33,263 nucleotides of DNA from NCBI GenBank assembly GCA_947174955.1, contig CAMWKX010000001.1:1-33263 (forward strand), written 5' to 3'. The position numbers and the translations under genes are program-made. The notes below the pieces were generated by a model. That model did not search any database. It was given only the letters and a program-made list of their open reading frames with translations, and was not told the origin of the DNA. Each line of letters begins with the position of its first letter. Position 1 is the stretch's first letter. This document shows, one piece after another, positions 1 through 7,982 of this stretch. Source of the DNA: an uncultured Clostridia bacterium (GTDB taxonomy: Bacteria; Bacillota; Clostridia; Christensenellales; Borkfalkiaceae).

Positions 1-721
1 CCGACCTGTCCATAAACGCGCCGGGGTCGCCCTCGTCGGCGTTACAGCAGACGTACTTGACGTCGCTTACCGAAGCCTTGGTGAACATCCACTTGCGTCC
101 CGTGGGGAATCCCGCGCCGCCGCGTCCGCGAAGTCCCGAATTGAGGACGGTTTCGATAACCTGGTCGGGAGTCATTTCGAACAGCGCCTTCTTCAAAGCC
201 TGATAGTCGCCCGCCGCAAGCGCCTCGTCGATATCCTCCGCCGCGATAACGCCGCAGTTACGGAGAGCTATACGCATCTGGTGCTTGTAGAAGGGGATTT
301 CCGCAAAGGGAATAACGCTGCCATCCTCGTGAACGGTGGGCGCGTATAAAAGTTCCTTTACGATATTGCCGCCCTTAACGAGGTGCTTTTCGGCAACCGT
401 CTTAGCGTGCTCGGGGGTCATCTGCGAATAGAACGCACCCTCGGGATAAACTATCATAATGGGACCTAAGGCGCACAGACCGAAGCAGCCCGTCTTGACG
501 ATTAATACGTCGTCGATGCCCAGCTCTTTAAAGCTTGCTTCGAGCTGTTCGATAACCTTTAACGAGCTTGACGAAGTACAGCCCGTACCGCCGCAAACCA
601 AGACCTGCTTGCGATAGCCCGTGTTTACGGAAAGAGCTTCCGCCTGCTCTCTTATAATTCTTCTTACCTTAATGAGGTCGGCTTTTTTAGCCGCTCTGTT
701 TTCAAGTTCTTGTACAGTCAT
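1..721 (-). CDS. NuoF-like / HydB-like NADH-binding flavoprotein subunit, N-terminal part (gene runs off the left edge)
   Basis: Hand translation of the minus strand from ATG 721-719 gives [19 protein letters not shown]...[22 protein letters not shown]...[17 protein letters not shown], a thioredoxin-like 2Fe-2S module. It continues [15 protein letters not shown]...[14 protein letters not shown], the 51-kDa subunit FMN/NADH motifs. The gene starts 12 nt downstream of the NuoE-like gene. Confidence 0.85.
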   Translation of the reverse strand, partial: MTVQELENRAAKKADLIKVRRIIREQAEALSVNTGYRKQVLVCGGTGCTSSSSLKVIEQLEASFKELGIDDVLIVKTGCFGLCALGPIMIVYPEGAFYSQMTPEHAKTVAEKHLVKGGNIVKELLYAPTVHEDGSVIPFAEIPFYKHQMRIALRNCGVIAAEDIDEALAAGDYQALKKALFEMTPDQVIETVLNSGLRGRGGAGFPTGRKWMFTKASVSDVKYVCCNADEGDPGAFMDRS

Positions 722-733
722 TTGTCTACCCCC

Positions 734-1222
734 TTATTCCTCGACGTACTTTTTGAGTATTCCGGGAACGTCCTTTTCGGTGAGTCTGCCGTAAACGTCG
801 TCGTCGACAATCATTACGGGCGCGAGACCGCACGCTCCTACGCAACGACAGCTGTCAATCGAGAACATACCGTCGGGAGTACATTCGCCGCAGGAAATTC
901 TCAGTTCCCTTTCAACTGCGGCTAAAATCTTGTCGCTGCCCTTTACGTAGCACGCCGTGCCGAGGCAGACGGATACGCGGTGCTTGCCCTTGGGCTGCAG
1001 CGAGAACTGCGTGTAGAAGGTGGCAACGCCGTAAACTTCCGAAAGAGGAATATTCAGCTCTTCGGCGATTATGGTCTGCACTTCCGCGGGCAGATATCCG
1101 TAAATATTCTGCGCCTCGTGAAGAATGGGCATAAGACAGCCGCGTTCCGAGCGGTGCTTTGCGATTACTTCACGCAGAGCCTTTTCCTGCTCGTTCGTAC
1201 CGTTAAAACTGTTTTGTGACAT
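734..1222 (-). CDS. NuoE-like / HydC-like thioredoxin-fold [2Fe-2S] ferredoxin subunit
   Basis: 162-aa ORF with ATG at 1222 and a GGAG Shine-Dalgarno upstream. Cys pattern VCLGTACYVKG...CRCVGACGLAPV is typical of the 24-kDa NuoE family. It is first in an operon with the NuoF-like gene. Confidence 0.85.
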   Translation of the reverse strand: MSQNSFNGTNEQEKALREVIAKHRSERGCLMPILHEAQNIYGYLPAEVQTIIAEELNIPLSEVYGVATFYTQFSLQPKGKHRVSVCLGTACYVKGSDKILAAVERELRISCGECTPDGMFSIDSCRCVGACGLAPVMIVDDDVYGRLTEKDVPGILKKYVEE

Positions 1223-1332
1223 ACAAACACTCCTATATTAAATACTTACTCGTTGATTTTATCACACTATTATAATAAAAAGCAAGAAGTTTGACCGAAA
1301 TTGTCGGTTATTGGCAAAACTTTTCTTAATTG

Positions 1333-3132
1333 TTAATAGCTCTCGAATTGACTGTTGTACAGCTTGTAATAGTAGCCTTGTCTTTCCATAAGCTCGGCGT
1401 GCGTTCCCTGCTCGGTTACGTTGCCGCCGTCCATAACCAGAATTTTGTCGGCGTTCTTTATGGTCGACAGTCTGTGCGCTATGACAAAGCACGTCCTGCC
1501 CTTCATAAGCTCGGTCATAGCACGCTGAATTATCTGCTCGGTGCGGGTGTCGACGTTGCTCGTCGCCTCGTCCAGAATGAGCATAGGCGACGGCGAAAGC
1601 ATTGCGCGCGCTATGGTCAAAAGCTGCTTTTGCCCCTTGGATATGTTGACGGCATTGTCCGAAAGATAGGTGTCGTAGCCCTGCGGCAGACGCGTTATAA
1701 ACGAGTGTATCCGCGCTTTTTTGCACACCTCTTCCACCCTTTCGCGAGTTGCGTTTTCCGCGCCGTAGGCTATGTTTTCGTACACCGTGCCCGCAAACAG
1801 CCAGGTGTCCTGCAACACCATAGTGAACGCGCCGCGAAGCGACGAACGCGTAACCTCCGTTATATCCTGCCCGTCTATCTTTATCGTGCCCTTATCCGCG
1901 TCGTAAAAGCGCATTAAAAGGTTGATAACCGTCGTCTTGCCCGCGCCCGTTCTGCCGACGATTGCAATGACGTTGCCGCTGTCCGCTTCGAGCGAAAAGT
2001 TTTTAAGCACGGTCTTCCCCGGCACGTACCCGAAATCCACGCCGTCTATTTCCACGTCGCCCTTTACGTTTTTCAGCTCCTTTGCGCCCTCTTCGTTTAA
2101 GTTTTCCTCTTCCGTGGCAAGCACCTTGAACACGCGCTCCGCCGCCGCTATCGACGACTGGAATTCGCCTATTACGTTTGCGATTTCGTTGATGGGTCCC
2201 GTAAACTTGCGCGAGTACAGCACGAACGACGAAATCTGCTCTATGCCCACTCCGCCCCAGCCGAACGCGAACATCAGCGCGCCTATTACGCTTATAAGCG
2301 TAAGCGATAAGTTGTTTACGAACCCCGTGCAGGGACCCGAAACCGTACCGTAATATTCGCTCGTCGTGTACGCCTCCGTCGCCTCGTCGTTCTTTTCCGC
2401 AAAGCGCGAAATTATTTCCTCCTCGCGGTTGTACGCCTTGGTGGTCTTCTGCCCCGCGAGCACCTCTTCGGCAAAGCCGTTCAGCTCCCCGAGCTTGCGC
2501 GAACGCCGCCTGTACAGCGGTTGAACCTTCTTTGCTATCACCTTGGTAAGTATCACCGACAGCGGTATAGTGACGGCAAAAACGATGACGAGCGGAGCGG
2601 CGATTATCAGCATCATTACGAGCGAGCCTATAATCTGTACCGCGCTCTTTAAAACGAGCATAACGTCCTCGGCAAGCGAGGTACCTACGGTGTCGACGTC
2701 GTACGAAAGAACCGAAATGACGTCGCCCGCCTGACGGGAATCGAAGTACCCGACGGGCAGTCTTACCAGGCGGTTAAACAAATCGCTCCGCATCTTTTTT
2801 GTCATTCTGCGGGCAACCAATGACATACCTATCGTCGTTAGATAGCTCAGAATTTCCGACGCGATATATACGATGGCAAGCAAAATGCAGTAGTAGATAA
2901 TCGCGTTCATATCCGTAGTGCCGTCCGTCTTTATCTGACCTATCGCCTTGCCGCAGACGTAGGGACCCAGAAGGGACATACCGACTGCGAGCACGTTGCC
3001 CAGAAATACTATGATAAACAACGGTATATACGGCTTCAAATAGATTAACAGCTGTTTTACGGTGTGCCTGACGTCCACCTTTTTTACGGCTTGACTGCGT
3101 CTGTCGTTGACGTTCATACGGGGCTCTTTCAT
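1333..3132 (-). CDS. ABC exporter, fused permease/ATPase (type I exporter half-transporter), partner B
   Basis: 599 aa with an N-terminal 6-TM domain. Walker A is GRTGAGKTT and Walker B is LILDEATS, with the catalytic Glu present. The signature ISKGQ is non-canonical. ATGA overlaps the stop of the upstream half-transporter. Confidence 0.9.
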   Translation of the reverse strand: MKEPRMNVNDRRSQAVKKVDVRHTVKQLLIYLKPYIPLFIIVFLGNVLAVGMSLLGPYVCGKAIGQIKTDGTTDMNAIIYYCILLAIVYIASEILSYLTTIGMSLVARRMTKKMRSDLFNRLVRLPVGYFDSRQAGDVISVLSYDVDTVGTSLAEDVMLVLKSAVQIIGSLVMMLIIAAPLVIVFAVTIPLSVILTKVIAKKVQPLYRRRSRKLGELNGFAEEVLAGQKTTKAYNREEEIISRFAEKNDEATEAYTTSEYYGTVSGPCTGFVNNLSLTLISVIGALMFAFGWGGVGIEQISSFVLYSRKFTGPINEIANVIGEFQSSIAAAERVFKVLATEEENLNEEGAKELKNVKGDVEIDGVDFGYVPGKTVLKNFSLEADSGNVIAIVGRTGAGKTTVINLLMRFYDADKGTIKIDGQDITEVTRSSLRGAFTMVLQDTWLFAGTVYENIAYGAENATRERVEEVCKKARIHSFITRLPQGYDTYLSDNAVNISKGQKQLLTIARAMLSPSPMLILDEATSNVDTRTEQIIQRAMTELMKGRTCFVIAHRLSTIKNADKILVMDGGNVTEQGTHAELMERQGYYYKLYNSQFESY

Positions 3133-4826
3133 AGGTCGCCTCCCGTCTGCACGAGGCAGATTTGCCCGTACTCTTCGCAGGTTTCTTTAAGCTCCTCGTG
3201 CGTGCCCGCTCCGACTATTTTTCCGTCGCTCAGAACGAGTATCAGGTCGGCGTGTCTGACCGCGCTGACCCTCTGCGCGACGATTACCTTGGTACAGTCG
3301 GGATAGTTTTCCGAGAGCCGTTTTCGCAGCAGCGCGTCGGTGGCGTAGTCGAGCGCGGACGAGCTGTCGTCAAGTATCAGTATTTCCGGCTCGGCGGCAA
3401 GAGCGCGCGCAATTAAAAGCCTCTGCTTCTGCCCGCCCGAAAGGTTTGCCGCCTTCTGCGCGAGCGGATAGTCCAGCCCGCCGTCAAGCTCTTTTACAAA
3501 TTCGTCGGCGCACGCGCAGTAAACCGCCTTGTTTATGCTCTCTTCGGGAAGGTTGCGGAAATAGTCCACGTTCGCGCGCACGGTATCGGCAATCAAAAAG
3601 TCGCTTTGGAAAGCTACGCCGAACAACGCGTGCAATTCGTCCGAAGCGTACGAGCGCACGTTCCTGCCGTTGACGAAAATATCGCCCTTATCCGCGTCGT
3701 AAAAGCGCATCAGAAGACTTATAAGCGTGGTCTTGCCGCTGCCCGTGCCGCCGATAATTCCCACGGTCCGTCCGCGGCGGACTTTAAAGCTTGCGTTTTC
3801 GATATTGTCCTCGTTGCCGTTGTACGAGAAGCAGACGTCCCTGAATTCAACCGCGTAGTCGGGGTTCCCGCTCCCGCACTCTTCCAAGGAAACGCTCTCG
3901 TCCGTTTCGAGCACGCGCGTAATTCTTCCCGCGGACGCCACGCCCTTGGAGAGCACGACGAAAATTTTCGAAATACCGAGCATTGCGTTGAGTATCAGAA
4001 CGAAATAGGACAAAAACGCAAGCACCGTACCCGAGGGCGAACTTACCACCGCGCCGACCACTATTACGCCCACGAGTCCCAGATTTAAAATGAGCGTTAC
4101 CACGGGGTTGGTAAGCGCGGCAAGCTTGTTTGCTCTGAATTCGTCGGCGGTAAGCCCGGCGTTGACCTCTTCGTATTTGCGCGCTTCGTATTCGGTTTTG
4201 GACAGCGCCTTGATAACGCGCACGCCCGTAATATTTTCCTGCATTGCGCGCACCGACTTGTCCGCGCTTCTCTGTACGCGGTAATACATAGGCACGCTCT
4301 TTGCGGTGATGACAAAAAGTACGAGAACGACCAGCGGTATGCACGCGAGAAGCACGAGAGCAAGCCGCCAGCTCAAAAGAAAAGTGAACACAAGACCGCC
4401 GACCAACAGTATCGGAGCGCGCACGCCCAGTCTTAACGTTCTCGCAACCGCCTGGTTGACGTAATAGGTGTCGCTCGTTAGGCGGGAAACGAGAGAGGGT
4501 AGAGTGAATTCGTCCACCTGTCCGCTCTTTAAATAGGTGATCTTTTTAAAAAGCGCATAGCGCAAATCGCGGGTCATATTGCCCGCCGCCTTAGCCGCAA
4601 GTCTGTTTGCGACTATGTTGCAGGTCACCGCGACTGCCGCCGCCGCGAGCATCACAAGCCCCGCATACACCATCGAAGTTATATTCTTCGTGGGCACGAT
4701 TTCGTCTATTATGTAGTCGAGAACGAGCGGCAGCGAAAGCTCGGCCATAGTCGCGATAAACTTGAAAATAAGCCCCGCCGCCACCGTACCCGAATACGGT
4801 TTTAAGTATCTCAGCGTTCTGTTCAT
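3129..4826 (-). CDS. ABC exporter, fused permease/ATPase, partner A (degenerate catalytic site)
   Basis: 565 aa. Walker A is GGTGSGKTT and the signature LSGGQ is canonical. Walker B is LILDDSSS, with Asp in place of the catalytic Glu. Together with the ISKGQ signature of the partner, this is the classic asymmetric heterodimer pattern of the TM287/288, LmrCD and BmrCD type. Confidence 0.9.
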   Translation of the reverse strand: MNRTLRYLKPYSGTVAAGLIFKFIATMAELSLPLVLDYIIDEIVPTKNITSMVYAGLVMLAAAAVAVTCNIVANRLAAKAAGNMTRDLRYALFKKITYLKSGQVDEFTLPSLVSRLTSDTYYVNQAVARTLRLGVRAPILLVGGLVFTFLLSWRLALVLLACIPLVVLVLFVITAKSVPMYYRVQRSADKSVRAMQENITGVRVIKALSKTEYEARKYEEVNAGLTADEFRANKLAALTNPVVTLILNLGLVGVIVVGAVVSSPSGTVLAFLSYFVLILNAMLGISKIFVVLSKGVASAGRITRVLETDESVSLEECGSGNPDYAVEFRDVCFSYNGNEDNIENASFKVRRGRTVGIIGGTGSGKTTLISLLMRFYDADKGDIFVNGRNVRSYASDELHALFGVAFQSDFLIADTVRANVDYFRNLPEESINKAVYCACADEFVKELDGGLDYPLAQKAANLSGGQKQRLLIARALAAEPEILILDDSSSALDYATDALLRKRLSENYPDCTKVIVAQRVSAVRHADLILVLSDGKIVGAGTHEELKETCEEYGQICLVQTGGDL

Positions 4827-4863
4827 ACGTCAATTTATATTTTAATACTACGCGAAAAATTTG

Positions 4864-5976
4864 TCAAATACTGTCGGGAACGGCTATTGCCCCCTTAATA
4901 TGCCTTTGCGAAAGGAAAAACAGGCTCTCCGCGACGGCTATCGCGACGGCGTTTACCGAGCACGCGATTTTGTCGCAGACGGATAAAACGAGCATATTGT
5001 CGAGCGTAAATACGGGGGCAAGGCAGGCGGCGGCTATGCAAAAGAAAAGTGGCTCGCGTCTGATTTTATCCGCCGCGCGCGATATTGCGGGAAAAGCGAG
5101 CGAAGCGAGCGAGTGAACCGCCACTACGGTCAGAACGGCAAACAACGCCGCGCCAAAAATCCGCGCCCCCGCACCGCCCGAACAGAGTGCGAAAATTACC
5201 TGAGAAAACGCGTCTATTGCGCATAATACCCCGACCGTTCGGGAAAAAGTGACCGAAAACGGCAGAACGGACAGCGTTGCAAGCATACAACCGACAAAAT
5301 TTGCTACGGTTATTTTGAGCGCGGCGGCAGCCGTGGACGAGCCTTTCGGCAGAGTTTTTGCGTAAGACGGCATAACTCCCGCCGCCAACGACAGCGCGAG
5401 TAGCGCCTGCCCGAGCGCGTCGAGCCAGATTTCCCCCGAAGCAAGGCGGGAAAAATCGAGCGTGGAGAACGCGCCGCCGCGCTTTAAACCGGCTATTGCA
5501 AGTCCGCAAAACAGCGCGAGCGAAAGGGTTACGGACAGCCTGCCCGACAGCGAAAGAGCCCCCGAAGAGCCTTTAAGCAGGACATATACCGCGGTCAATA
5601 CTACAATAAGGGCAAAAACGAAGAGATAATTACCGCCGCCCTCCGCGTTTGAAAACAGGGCGAAAGACAGGCTTGCCGAGCCCAATTTTGCGGCAATGAC
5701 CGCATAATATAGCGCAATCAACGCGGAATTTGCCGCCGCCGCGCGTAAAATCACCGCCCATATTTTAGACCCCTTTCCGTCCTCTTTTCTTCCGAAATAC
5801 AGTTCGGCAACCAGCAGCGGATAGCAAACGGCGGCGAGAACGACCGCGTACGCAATAACGAACGCCGCGCCGTGCTTTAAGCACAGCGCGGGAAATCTGA
5901 ATGCGTTGCCCAGACCCGTTGCCGCGCCGACAGCCGCAAATATACCGTTTTTGTTTTTAAATTTTTTAGCCGCCAT
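4864..5976 (-). CDS. Sodium-dependent transporter, NSS/SNF family, short and divergent
   Basis: 370-aa polytopic Ala/Leu-rich protein. The TM1 motif AAVGAATGLGNAFRFP matches GxAVGLGNxWRFP, and IWLDALGQALLALSLAAGVMPSY matches the NSS TM6 region. ATG at 5976. Confidence 0.65.
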   Translation of the reverse strand: MAAKKFKNKNGIFAAVGAATGLGNAFRFPALCLKHGAAFVIAYAVVLAAVCYPLLVAELYFGRKEDGKGSKIWAVILRAAAANSALIALYYAVIAAKLGSASLSFALFSNAEGGGNYLFVFALIVVLTAVYVLLKGSSGALSLSGRLSVTLSLALFCGLAIAGLKRGGAFSTLDFSRLASGEIWLDALGQALLALSLAAGVMPSYAKTLPKGSSTAAAALKITVANFVGCMLATLSVLPFSVTFSRTVGVLCAIDAFSQVIFALCSGGAGARIFGAALFAVLTVVAVHSLASLAFPAISRAADKIRREPLFFCIAAACLAPVFTLDNMLVLSVCDKIACSVNAVAIAVAESLFFLSQRHIKGAIAVPDSI

Positions 5977-6006
5977 AGTTTATTATACTATGACGGCTGA
6001 ATTTAT

Positions 6007-6939
6007 TTATGAATTAATTACCAGCTTAGCCGAACCCAACGCTCCCGCGAGGTTGCCCAGACTTGCCTTTACTATTTTTACGGGCGCGTATCCTTGCCCG
6101 CCGAAAACTTTTGCGTCCAGACGCTCCTGCAAGGGGACGATAAGTTTGTCGCCCTGCTCGGCTACGCCTCCGCCCAGGATAACGGCTTGCGGTCTGAAAA
6201 TATTCGCAAGATTGATTATCCCGCACGCAAGGTCGTAGATATAAGCGTCCGCAACCTGTTTTGCCGCGGAGTCGCATTCCGCATAGTCGAACGCGGTTTT
6301 GCCAGTGACCTTTTCAAGCCCGCCGCAGTTCCACATTTGAGAAGACTTGTCCTCCTCCATCGCCTTGCGGGTTTCGCGGATAAGCGCGGTCGCCGACGAA
6401 TACGCCTCGAAACAGCCCTTCCGTCCGCACGTGCACTTTTCGCCGCCGTGCTTTATTACCATATGCCCTATCTCGGCGCCTGCGTTTTTTCCGCCCGTAA
6501 AAATCTTTCCGCCGATAATAATTCCGCCACCCACTCCCGTGCCGAGAGTGATAAACACACTGTCGGAATAATCCTTGCCCGCGCCGAAAGCCGCCTCGCC
6601 GAGCGCCGCCGCATTGGCGTCGTTGGTTACGGCTACGCTCATTTTCAGAAGTTCGGACAGTTTATATTTAAGCGGAAAATTTTTCAGCCCCAGATTGCCC
6701 GCGAACAGCACCGTGCCGTCCTCCGCAATCATACCGGGGCAACCGACGCCCGCCGCGCAAGCCTTAACCTGCCCGCGGCTCTGCAAATCGGCGCACAGCG
6801 CGGCAATGTTTTTACACATATTTTCGCCGCCATCCGCCGCGCCCGTGGGCACGCTGCCGTCGCATAAAATTTTACCGCTCTCATCAACCAGCACGCCCTT
6901 AACGAACGTCCCGCCGATATCTATTCCCAGATAATACAT
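6007..6939 (-). CDS. ROK-family sugar kinase (glucokinase-like)
   Basis: 310 aa. The N-terminus YYLGIDIGGTFVKGVLVD is an ATP-binding motif, and CTCGRKGCFEAY is the ROK zinc motif. It lies 3 nt downstream of dut. Confidence 0.8.
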   Translation of the reverse strand: MYYLGIDIGGTFVKGVLVDESGKILCDGSVPTGAADGGENMCKNIAALCADLQSRGQVKACAAGVGCPGMIAEDGTVLFAGNLGLKNFPLKYKLSELLKMSVAVTNDANAAALGEAAFGAGKDYSDSVFITLGTGVGGGIIIGGKIFTGGKNAGAEIGHMVIKHGGEKCTCGRKGCFEAYSSATALIRETRKAMEEDKSSQMWNCGGLEKVTGKTAFDYAECDSAAKQVADAYIYDLACGIINLANIFRPQAVILGGGVAEQGDKLIVPLQERLDAKVFGGQGYAPVKIVKASLGNLAGALGSAKLVINS

Positions 6940-6942
6940 AAA

Positions 6943-7380
6943 TTATTTAGTTCCCGTAGAGCCGAATCCGCCCGCACCGCGAACCGTGTCCGACAGCTCG
7001 TCCGCTTCGATAAACTCGGCGGTTACGTAGGGTGCAACGACGAGTTGGGCTATCCTCTCGCCGACGGCAACCGTCTGCGCCGTTTCGCCGTGGTTGTGCA
7101 AGGCCACCTTGACCTCTCCGCGGTAGTCGCAGTCGACCACCCCCACCTTGTTCGCGGGGGCAAGATTGCGCTTTGACGCAAGCCCGCTGCGCGCGTAGAT
7201 AAAGCCGCCGTAACCTACGGGAAGCTCGATGGCAATGCCCGTGGGAATCATAACCGTGGTGTGCGGAGCGACCGTAACTTCGCTTTCTATGCACGCGTAT
7301 AAATCCGCACCCGCCGCATACTCGCTGCCGTACGTCGGCATTATTGCCTTTTCGTTTAACTTTTTAACGTTGATTTTCAT
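6943..7380 (-). CDS. dut: dUTP diphosphatase
   Basis: dUTPase motifs AAGADLYA, ARSGLA, GVVDCDYRGE and RGAGGFGSTG. I place the start at ATG 7380 (MKINVKK), preceded by GAGGT, not at the upstream Met of the tracked ORF (7419). Confidence 0.9.
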   Translation of the reverse strand: MKINVKKLNEKAIMPTYGSEYAAGADLYACIESEVTVAPHTTVMIPTGIAIELPVGYGGFIYARSGLASKRNLAPANKVGVVDCDYRGEVKVALHNHGETAQTVAVGERIAQLVVAPYVTAEFIEADELSDTVRGAGGFGSTGTK

Positions 7381-7387
7381 ATGTACC

Positions 7388-7921
7388 TCAAATAAATGTC
7401 GTATTATCCCACAAAACAACCTCGTCCGTTTTCAATGACTGCTGCACCAAAATCGTACGCTGGTTAGTCGACCCCTTAAAGCGCAGGTTCAAGTCCTTCA
7501 AGCTTTCGACGAACTTGCCGTCGACAAGCACGTCCAATGTCTTTAAAATTGCCATAACGTCGTCGGGATCGCCCTGCTTGCCCGTAAGTAAGTCGCGCTC
7601 GTAGTCGTAGCCCGTAAAGCACCAGAAGGATTTTTGCGGATAAATCTTGCGCAGTCTTTTCATAAACGGCACGAGCGCCTTGGCATTCTCCGGCTCGAAC
7701 GGGTCGCCGCCGAGTAGCGTAAAGCCCTTTATATGAGCGGGCTTCATTGCCTCGATAATCTTATCCTCTACCTCTTTTGTGAACGGTTCGCCGTATTCAA
7801 AGTTCCACGTTTCAGGGTTGAAACAGTTTTTGCAGTGATTGCGGCAACCGGATACGTACAGGCTCACGCGCACGCCCGGTCCGTTTGATATATCGTTGTA
7901 TTTAATCGTTGCGTAATTCAT
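7388..7921 (-). CDS. nrdG: Anaerobic ribonucleoside-triphosphate reductase activating protein (radical SAM)
   Basis: 177 aa. GCRNHCKNCFNPE is the CxxxCxxC radical SAM cluster motif. The gene is immediately downstream of nrdD. Confidence 0.9.
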   Translation of the reverse strand: MNYATIKYNDISNGPGVRVSLYVSGCRNHCKNCFNPETWNFEYGEPFTKEVEDKIIEAMKPAHIKGFTLLGGDPFEPENAKALVPFMKRLRKIYPQKSFWCFTGYDYERDLLTGKQGDPDDVMAILKTLDVLVDGKFVESLKDLNLRFKGSTNQRTILVQQSLKTDEVVLWDNTTFI

Positions 7922-7942
7922 AAATTTCCCCTATTTGAAAAC

Positions 7943-7968
7943 CGCCGCCGCGCGGCTGCGCGGCGGCG
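7943..7968 (-). other. GC-rich hairpin in the nrdD-nrdG intercistronic gap (possible partial terminator or RNA stability element)
   Basis: Arms cgccgccgcg (7943-7952) and cgcggcggcg (7959-7968) form a 10-bp all-GC stem with a 6-nt loop. On the minus strand the hairpin is followed by GTTTTCAAAT. Confidence 0.35.
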
Positions 7969-7982
7969 AATAACTCTGTTTT

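Noticed and set aside
1252-1267. Rex-like operator over the predicted start site of the nuoE-like operon (minus strand GTGTGATAAAATCAAC, just downstream of a TATAAT at 1274-1269).
   Set aside because: Only the left half (TGTGA) fits TTGTGAA-N4-TTCACAA. The right half and the spacing do not fit, giving roughly 11 of 14 positions at best with a shifted arm. The -35 is also poor. It is worth a matrix scan but is not supportable by eye.
1888-1914. 27-nt exact DNA identity between the two ABC half-transporter genes (1888-1914 and 3684-3710), considered as possible gene conversion or a repeat element.
   Set aside because: Both copies encode the same conserved peptide MRFYDADKG just downstream of Walker A in paralogous genes. 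The identity does not extend beyond the motif, so shared ancestry plus codon bias is sufficient.
6094-6867. Long antisense ORFs in the six-frame track. Examples are 6094-6867 (+), 17993-18739 (+), 20640-21332 (+), 15045-15725 (-), 1330-1917 (+), 3847-4344 (-) and 5066-5509 (-).
   Set aside because: Each lies entirely inside, and antisense or out of frame to, a gene with clear family motifs. Their translations are Arg/Ala/Gly-rich low-complexity strings typical of shadow ORFs in GC-rich coding DNA. None has a start-site context.
7381-7419. Upstream-extended starts offered by the ORF track: dut 7419, hslV 30864, rimI 23167, pdxK 15541, GIY-YIG 24471 (TTG), XRE 10531 and hslU 29472 (GTG).
   Set aside because: In each case an internal ATG has a proper GAGG-type Shine-Dalgarno, matches the family N-terminus, and removes an implausible overlap with the upstream gene.
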